Assembly (NCBI RefSeq): GCF_000092105.1
Contig: NC_014148.1
Coordinates: forward strand, 3,750,001 to 3,782,000
Origin: Planctopirus limnophila DSM 3776
Lineage (GTDB): Bacteria > Planctomycetota > Planctomycetia > Planctomycetales > Planctomycetaceae
Length of the DNA stretch: 32,000 bases
Reading direction: 5' to 3'
The number at the start of each line of letters is the position of its first letter. Position 1 is the first letter of the stretch. Under the pieces are notes generated by a model, which saw nothing but the letters and a program-made list of their open reading frames with translations, was not told the origin of the DNA and did no database searches. A program made the position numbers and the translations under genes. This document shows, piece by piece, positions 26,077 to 32,000 of the stretch.

Positions 26077-26625
26077 ATGAAAGTTCTTCTCTCCAAAGCC
26101 GAGATTCAACAGCGAGTCCGCGAACTTGGCGCTGAGATTTCTCACAGATATGCCGGCCAGCCACTTACAGTCGTCGCCATTCTGACGGGGAGTGTCATTC
26201 TTGTGGCGGATCTCATGCGGGAACTTTCCATCCCTCACGAAGTGGCGTTTGTCCGCGCCAGCAGTTATCGCGGTGCGACCACTTCGGCTCAGGCACTGGT
26301 AACAGATCTCATGGGGCTCCCCGATCTCAGCCATCGACACGTGCTGCTTGTAGATGACATTTTCGACACTGGCCGCACCCTGGAACGAATCTCCAAAGAA
26401 GTCCAATTGCTTTCGCCCGCCTCGCTGCGCACCTTGGTTTTGCTTTGGAAAACGGCCCGCCGCGATGTCGATCTCAAGCCAGATGACTTCGGATTTCAGA
26501 TTCCTGATAAATTCGTCGTCGGCTATGGACTCGACTTCAATGGCCAGTATCGCCACTTGCCCGAGATCTGCATCTTCGATGAGAAATCGGCTCCCACTCT
26601 CACCGCATCAGTCGGCAGTGAATGA
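26077..26625 (+). CDS. hpt: Hypoxanthine(-guanine) phosphoribosyltransferase
   Basis: PRPP loop VLLVDDIFDTGRTL and VVGYGLDFNGQYRHLPEI. The ATG at 26077 gives the typical ~182 aa, whereas the track start at 25993 adds 28 aa. Confidence 0.9.
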   Translation: MKVLLSKAEIQQRVRELGAEISHRYAGQPLTVVAILTGSVILVADLMRELSIPHEVAFVRASSYRGATTSAQALVTDLMGLPDLSHRHVLLVDDIFDTGRTLERISKEVQLLSPASLRTLVLLWKTARRDVDLKPDDFGFQIPDKFVVGYGLDFNGQYRHLPEICIFDEKSAPTLTASVGSE

Positions 26626-27978
26626 GGCTTCAGCAACCGGTGCCTGCTGGAAATTTTGATACAACGGGCCTGTCAGCCGGATCGGCTGGATATCGAGACG
26701 GATATTCTCGACCGTGTAGTCATCACCACCAAACGCCTCGGTATACCAGCCGCGACTCCGTTCATCCCGCGAAAAGCGGAACTCAAAGCCATCGACCGCT
26801 TCGAACCTCGCTCGACCACCATCAAAGGCCAGGCCAATCGCCTCCTGCTGCGTGCTGTCAATGAGTTCGCCCATCAGATCGGCGACCGCCATATTGGCGA
26901 GAATGTCGTTGAAGAAGAGTCGTCTGCGGTGAGCCGGTCGAAAATCCGGTGAGTTCGGATCGAGAAACTCATCGTCGAGCTTCTGCTGTGAAGGGGTCAC
27001 TTCCATGGTCAATAGGTCAAAGCGGTCACCTCGATCAAGATACGTCAGCCTCACATTGGAAAGATTGAAGCGTCCTAACGCCTTTTCCGTCGTGGCCTGG
27101 GAGAGATCCATCACCAGGGCCCCCTTATAACCCAGCACACGGACATCCTTCCCATTTCGCACGACAATGGCCGAGTTCTCATCCACGCCAATCCCGTAAC
27201 GAATCCCTTCGGAGTGCATGGCCACCAGCGAGCGGGCAAAGCGTCCGCGAACCAGGCAGTGCTGCTCGACAAACCACCGCTCATCCAAGAGCCCCAGGCC
27301 ATTTCCCAGTTCCCGGCCCATCGTGACTCCCGTGAGCAAGGTATCCAGCACAGAATTGGCCGAGCGATACATCACTTTACTCATCACAGCCGCACCAGCG
27401 CTCGTTCCCGCGACCACACCTCCCCGGCGGTACAGGTCGTGAATCGCACCCAGCAGAGGCAATGGTTCACCGTCTTCACCATGGAGCCCGCGGATAATTC
27501 GATCCTGCGAGCCACCCAGAATGTAAATTCCACTACTTTCCCGCACGAGTGCCAAAACATCAGGATCGGCTGCTGCTTCGCGCGGCGAACGAGACATCTG
27601 CCGCCACGCCACCGGCAAGGTGACCGTCTCTCCTCCAGCGGCCTCAATCGCCTCAGCCACCCATTTCGACTTTCTTATCGGGTCGAAAGTCGCCAGGGGA
27701 AGGATCGCAATCCGACTTCCCGGCCCTCCAGAAAGCCTCACGATTTCTTCCCAATATTCCCGCTGATCGAACCGCTCCGATCCGCCAATGATCATCAGCG
27801 AACCCACAGTCTCCGGAATCTCGGCGGCAGGCAAATCTCTCAGATTCGGCCCGCAAAGAGCGAATAGCAGTACACAGAAAGCTGTCCAGCTTGCCCAAAA
27901 TGCAGTATTGATCGAGTTTTTCACTACCAATGACGCAGCACCATAACGATGCGTAAAGCGCCAGCCAGAGCGGCACAT
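26608..27978 (-). CDS. Secreted or anchored peptidase S51 (cyanophycinase-like) with a ~170-aa C-terminal extension
   Basis: IIGGSERF, ILPLAT, ILGGSQDRI and the nucleophile motif AGTSAGAAVM. A hydrophobic anchor lies after ATG 27978. The track start at 28176 is TTG and ATG 28032 is also possible. Confidence 0.7.
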   Translation of the reverse strand: MCRSGWRFTHRYGAASLVVKNSINTAFWASWTAFCVLLFALCGPNLRDLPAAEIPETVGSLMIIGGSERFDQREYWEEIVRLSGGPGSRIAILPLATFDPIRKSKWVAEAIEAAGGETVTLPVAWRQMSRSPREAAADPDVLALVRESSGIYILGGSQDRIIRGLHGEDGEPLPLLGAIHDLYRRGGVVAGTSAGAAVMSKVMYRSANSVLDTLLTGVTMGRELGNGLGLLDERWFVEQHCLVRGRFARSLVAMHSEGIRYGIGVDENSAIVVRNGKDVRVLGYKGALVMDLSQATTEKALGRFNLSNVRLTYLDRGDRFDLLTMEVTPSQQKLDDEFLDPNSPDFRPAHRRRLFFNDILANMAVADLMGELIDSTQQEAIGLAFDGGRARFEAVDGFEFRFSRDERSRGWYTEAFGGDDYTVENIRLDIQPIRLTGPLYQNFQQAPVAEASFTAD

Positions 27979-28281
27979 CCAGGTTTCGCCCTGCAAATTC
28001 TGTCGAGATGAGCGGGAAATTTGTCCGAGCATCGCCAACCTCAAGTGAATGGTCTTCCTGACGAAATTCACCAGCAAAACGGTCTCGCCTCTTTGAGAAT
28101 CATACTCCTGATCCCTCTCATCTGCCGAGGGGAGTTCCGCATGAATTCTTGTTTCAGGACACGACAACCGGCTCAAAAGATCACATGAGCAACTCTCGGG
28201 CCATAAAGAGAATTAAATTGCTTCGAACTCTGTCGAACGCATTTCTAAAGGGATGTTTTGCCAACCAGCCCAGACTCCCGA

Positions 28282-30570
28282 TCAATCTCGACCCGATTCA
28301 CTGGACGCGGGAGGATTCGAGTTGGCTGGTGGCGATGCCTCGGGTGTTTCCGATTTGGGCGCCTCTGTTTGAGGAGTCTCGATCTTTGGTGCCTCGGACT
28401 TGGGTGTCTCGCTCTTGGGTAGGTCAACAGCCGCTGGTTCTGCTGGAGTCGCTGGCGACACCGCCGGAGCAGCGGCTTCGACTTTCTGACCAGCTGCTGG
28501 AGCCGCTCGACGTTTTGATTCCCCACTCCCTTCAACAGGCACAATTACCGAACCCAGCACCCGCTTATTCGAATCATCCTGCACCCATGCCACCAGCGAA
28601 AGCCCTTCCAGCAGCAAAGGCTTGATTTCAAACTTCACACTGCGGTTCTGTTCGATTTCGGCAATCCCGTCTTCCAGCCCCTGCTTCAGGTCTGCCATCG
28701 TCATCGAGGTGGAATACTTGAGTTCATCTCCCTTAAGGCCAGTCCCTTTCGCACCACCCAGCAGTCTGCGGACAACAAAGTGATGTTCCACGAGACCGTT
28801 CGGAGCTCGCAGCGTGACGGTATTTTCAACCAGCGCCACCCGCAAGCGCAGCGGATCACGTTCCTCAGGAAGTGTCTGGGAGTCTGCACTGGCAGAAACC
28901 GTCAATTCTCCATTTTCAACCTTGGCCTGAGCGGTAACCAGAACCTGGGCTTTCTCCTGAAGAGCGGCATCCACTTCTCCACGCAGCCGGGCGTAGGACA
29001 TTGATGCATGCTGAAGAATCCCCCCCACCCCCGGGACAAATCGACCATCCACAAACAGTGAAGGAGCCGCCTCGCCCTTATAGTAGGCAAATCGATCCTC
29101 CCCATCCTGAGTCGTTAACGGATCGGGCGTGGGGATATTCAGATGATAATGCAGCACAGCAATCGCCGGGATGGGATAAGTCTCGACCAGTGATTCCAGC
29201 GCCAACGACGCCCCTAAACAGGGTGGACAACCCACGCCTGTAAACGATTCAATCAGCGGCACATGATGACCGGCATTGAGTGTCACTGGCGGAATCAGCT
29301 TCATCGATTCTTTGCGGAGAGACTCCAACGTCGAGTCATACAGCTTTTGCAGCATCTCATCGAGGCCATCGACCGTATCATTATGGCTGCTTTTCCACAG
29401 CTTGATCAGACTCTCACGCGGGCCCGGCTGGCCAGCAGGAACTCCCTGGCGTGACCGAGCACTGAGAATCATCCCTTCCAATTGCGGCAACGCCACAATG
29501 CTCGACAGATACTTGATCGCCTCTTCGTTCTGGTTGGTCTTCAGGCTGTACTCAGCCAGTGCATCGAGCAGTTCCGGGTTGTAAGGCTCAATCGCCAGGA
29601 AGGTCTTCAGCTCCTGGGCGGCTTTTTCCGCTTCCGGGCCTTCTTTGTTAATCGCCTCGAGCGCAATCACCATATCCAGTGCCCGGCGGCCGATCTTCAA
29701 TTGCTCCGCCATCAGTTCACTCGGGTTCAGCTTCTCAGCGGCAGCAAACTGCTCAATCGCGCGATCTGGGAAGAGCCTCTGAATGGTGAGCTGCATGGCC
29801 AGATTCACGCGGGCTGTCAATTCCATCCGCGGCCCCCAGATGGCGGCCATGGCCAGATAATCCTTCTCAAAATCGGCAAACTTTTCGGCGGTCCACTTCA
29901 TATCGCTCATCTGCGACATCTGGGCCAGAATCGCCGTCATCGCCTCAAAACTGACGGGAAGTTGCGGGGCCTGAGTCGCTAATGACCACATATTGGTCAC
30001 GGGAGCTTTGCTTTCGGAAGCCTGCTTAAACTGCTCAGTTCCAATCGTGGGGAGGGAATTCCGCAACTCCTTGGCAGTTTCCATCTCCGCACTAACGGGG
30101 AACATACGCACAAAGGCGATCCCCGCAGGTTCTGTGGTCAGCGTGCCAAAAAACACACCCTGTTGCAGTTTGCCTTCCAGTAACGCTTTCTGATCGCCCG
30201 CCAGTTGGAGTTCGACCGTCATCTGATCGCTATCGATTTTCGACGACAGAATCGATGCGTTCTGCAGAATCTTGAGATCTTCGAACACCTTCACCTGAGG
30301 ATCGGCTTTGGGATCAAGATCCCACAACCCCACGATGAAGTCTTTGCGCTGCTCGGTAAAGATGACCATCCAGCGACCATCCAGCACCGTGACTTTTTCC
30401 CGCATCTGCACCGCTGGCTTGGGAGCTTCCTCCGCCTTGGTGGCCTCTTTACCCGCTTCCGCCACTTCGGCTTTCTTGCCACAGCCGGCGAAACTGGTCA
30501 CAACCAGCGCGAAAAGCAGTAGCCATGTCCACTGGAAGCTCGACGATGATCGATCAATCGGAAACGACAT
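28282..30570 (-). CDS. Large lipoprotein (762 aa) with helical-repeat middle, CPPC thioredoxin-like region and Pro/Glu/Lys-rich tail
   Basis: Lipobox LVVTSFAGC, a TPR-like stretch (EAIKYLSSIVALP), and ESFTGVGCPPCLGA. ATG start at 30570. Confidence 0.75.
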   Translation of the reverse strand: MSFPIDRSSSSFQWTWLLLFALVVTSFAGCGKKAEVAEAGKEATKAEEAPKPAVQMREKVTVLDGRWMVIFTEQRKDFIVGLWDLDPKADPQVKVFEDLKILQNASILSSKIDSDQMTVELQLAGDQKALLEGKLQQGVFFGTLTTEPAGIAFVRMFPVSAEMETAKELRNSLPTIGTEQFKQASESKAPVTNMWSLATQAPQLPVSFEAMTAILAQMSQMSDMKWTAEKFADFEKDYLAMAAIWGPRMELTARVNLAMQLTIQRLFPDRAIEQFAAAEKLNPSELMAEQLKIGRRALDMVIALEAINKEGPEAEKAAQELKTFLAIEPYNPELLDALAEYSLKTNQNEEAIKYLSSIVALPQLEGMILSARSRQGVPAGQPGPRESLIKLWKSSHNDTVDGLDEMLQKLYDSTLESLRKESMKLIPPVTLNAGHHVPLIESFTGVGCPPCLGASLALESLVETYPIPAIAVLHYHLNIPTPDPLTTQDGEDRFAYYKGEAAPSLFVDGRFVPGVGGILQHASMSYARLRGEVDAALQEKAQVLVTAQAKVENGELTVSASADSQTLPEERDPLRLRVALVENTVTLRAPNGLVEHHFVVRRLLGGAKGTGLKGDELKYSTSMTMADLKQGLEDGIAEIEQNRSVKFEIKPLLLEGLSLVAWVQDDSNKRVLGSVIVPVEGSGESKRRAAPAAGQKVEAAAPAVSPATPAEPAAVDLPKSETPKSEAPKIETPQTEAPKSETPEASPPANSNPPASSESGRD
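28330..28419 (-). repeat. Imperfect 15-nt (pentapeptide) repeats x6 in the lipoprotein C-terminus
   Basis: Encodes PKSET-PKSEA-PKIET-PQTEA-PKSET-PEASP. Confidence 0.8.
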
Positions 30571-30899
30571 GCTGAAAGTCCTGCGAAAATTTCAATCCAG
30601 ATCACCCGCAGCTCACGGGCTCTCTGTCATGGTTGCTTGTCATTGAGAACGCCAGAATGATAACCGGAACCCCGCTTCTTCGCACATGATCCACTTGCCA
30701 TAAGTACTGGCCAATCATGAATTATGGATGAAAAGTGCTCGATCGTCACCTGCCCGAAAAAGTTCTCACACACACATCCGGAAAATTTCTGGCATCATGC
30801 GCAAGTGGTTTTCGCACTATACGAAGTGAGACTCCCTCCAGAGTTGATTCACTCAAAGTGATACGCCCAGTTCGGCCATTTGAAGGGTGAAAATCTGAA

Positions 30900-32000
30900 A
30901 TGACTGATCGACAGCCAATAATCATCTCCCCATCTTCGCCACAAATGGCAACCTCCAGTCACCAACCACTCCTTTCCCGACTCACGGGTTTCGTCGGGGG
31001 GGGCCGAGTTCACTTTTTCACTGCCTGCCTGCTGTGGAACCTGTCTCTGGCGGGAATCTGGTCTCCCTGCCCCCATGCCTGGGCACAATCCAAACCTCCC
31101 GGAAATGTTATCCCCACGGAATTCAGCCAAGGTGACCAGCGGTTGGTCTTCACGGTCGCCAACGCGATGCACAACCACCCCGAGCTCTACTATTACCTCT
31201 GCAAAGACCAGAAAGGTCGCGAGATTGTCCGACCACTCAAAAACCCTTCCCAGAATCCCGGCGGCAAATTCCTCGAGAAACCACCGATTGCGGTGCTGGA
31301 TATCGAATTGAACCGGTTTGGAGCATTACCCCAGGCCAAGGCCGGCAAATACCTCGAAGACCTCTGTACCGAACACAACAAACGGCGCGCTGCGGGTATC
31401 GTGGTGGCGCAGGGGCCAGCCCCATACATGGTGGGAGGCGACGGAGTCCCCCCTGGTGCTTATGTACCGCCCGATCCCAAACTGATGCCGAAACCTCCTC
31501 AGCCCGACCCGGCCACCAAAAACAAAGCACAATCCGCCTATGCCGAACTGGCCAAAGTTCTCTCGAACGATTACGCCCTTTCCGGCAACGATGTCGTCGC
31601 CAAAGTTATCCCCGAAATGATGAGCACCATCGAAAAGAACAGCAGTGAGCCTGCCCTCCAGAAAGCCGCTCACCATCTTGTCACCTACGATCAGAAAACG
31701 AGCAGCCTCTTCGATAAAGCCGTTCAGGGCCGCGACCAGTCGTTAGCCAGTGCCAAAGCTCAACTCGCCCGGGCCGAACGTGGCGATTACACCCACACAG
31801 AAACCTACGAGTATTACGACGAAGGAGCCGGCCGGTGGGTGCAGAAGAACGTTCAAGTTGACGACAACCCGACTGTCGCCTACCTGTCGATGGGCCAGAT
31901 GCTCATGGCTCAGGGAACGTCGAATGAAATGATCCGCCAGCGGATTGAACGCCAGAAGTTCATCATGCTCCAGAAGGCCAAAGCCGCCAGCTGGAAAGAA
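30900..32000 (+). CDS. Hypothetical secreted protein, 3' end outside the window (ORF absent from the supplied track)
   Basis: My own translation of frame 3 gives ATG at 30900 (in-frame TGA at 30888-30890), then 367 codons with no stop to nt 32000. N-terminus has h-region FFTACLLWNLSLAGIW and HAWA-Q. The last residues are ...QKFIMLQKAKAASWKE. Confidence 0.75.
   Translation, partial: MTDRQPIIISPSSPQMATSSHQPLLSRLTGFVGGGRVHFFTACLLWNLSLAGIWSPCPHAWAQSKPPGNVIPTEFSQGDQRLVFTVANAMHNHPELYYYLCKDQKGREIVRPLKNPSQNPGGKFLEKPPIAVLDIELNRFGALPQAKAGKYLEDLCTEHNKRRAAGIVVAQGPAPYMVGGDGVPPGAYVPPDPKLMPKPPQPDPATKNKAQSAYAELAKVLSNDYALSGNDVVAKVIPEMMSTIEKNSSEPALQKAAHHLVTYDQKTSSLFDKAVQGRDQSLASAKAQLARAERGDYTHTETYEYYDEGAGRWVQKNVQVDDNPTVAYLSMGQMLMAQGTSNEMIRQRIERQKFIMLQKAKAASWKE

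Noticed and set aside
1-32000. CRISPR arrays, tRNA/rRNA genes, IS elements, integrases, prophage or defence-island genes.
   Set aside because: I saw no spaced identical repeats, no tRNA T-arm-like GGTTCGAATCC contexts outside coding sequence, no rRNA-like conserved blocks and no transposase, integrase or nuclease-helicase defence motifs. A proper tRNAscan, Infernal and HMM scan would still be needed to be certain.

Overview
This 32-kb chromosomal window looks like Planctomycetota. The evidence is a DUF1559 / H-X9-DG pseudopilin-like protein with a prepilin N-terminus, an orphan GspG-like pseudopilin, and many signal-peptide or lipobox proteins. GC appears mid-50s % by eye and was not computed. 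I support 29 CDS, mostly housekeeping: AlaC-like aminotransferase (5' truncated), NAD(P)HX epimerase, ParB, XRE-cupin regulator, CbiX, PyrF, esterase, MOSC protein, SAM methyltransferase, RidA, glutathione peroxidase, membrane metallophosphoesterase, DgkA, SGNH hydrolase, NagA-like amidohydrolase, D-TA/D-serine-dehydratase-like PLP enzyme, DUF116-polyprenyl synthase fusion, ligase-associated exonuclease, DUF202 protein, Hpt, secreted S51 cyanophycinase-like peptidase and a large CPPC lipoprotein. One further ORF, absent from the ORF track, runs open from 30900 off the right edge. I found no rRNA, tRNA, CRISPR array, transposase, integrase or recognisable defence or toxin genes. The track translates TTG and GTG starts as M, so I moved several starts to the first plausible ATG. 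The most interesting signals are non-genic: (1) a roughly 200-nt intergenic element present twice (17443-17670 and 25103-25302), whose main hairpin differs between copies only by compensatory substitutions; (2) a 108-nt direct repeat (954-1061 and 1903-2010) that duplicates the 3' end of the aminotransferase gene and brackets a one-gene cassette; (3) a REP-like hairpin present three times; (4) several short in-frame or stop-spanning tandem duplications. The most unusual proteins are the DUF116-polyprenyl synthase fusion with an altered second Asp-rich motif and a His-motif polytopic membrane protein. I cannot point to a clear multi-gene novel system. Every functional call comes from motif recognition by eye, not from database searches.
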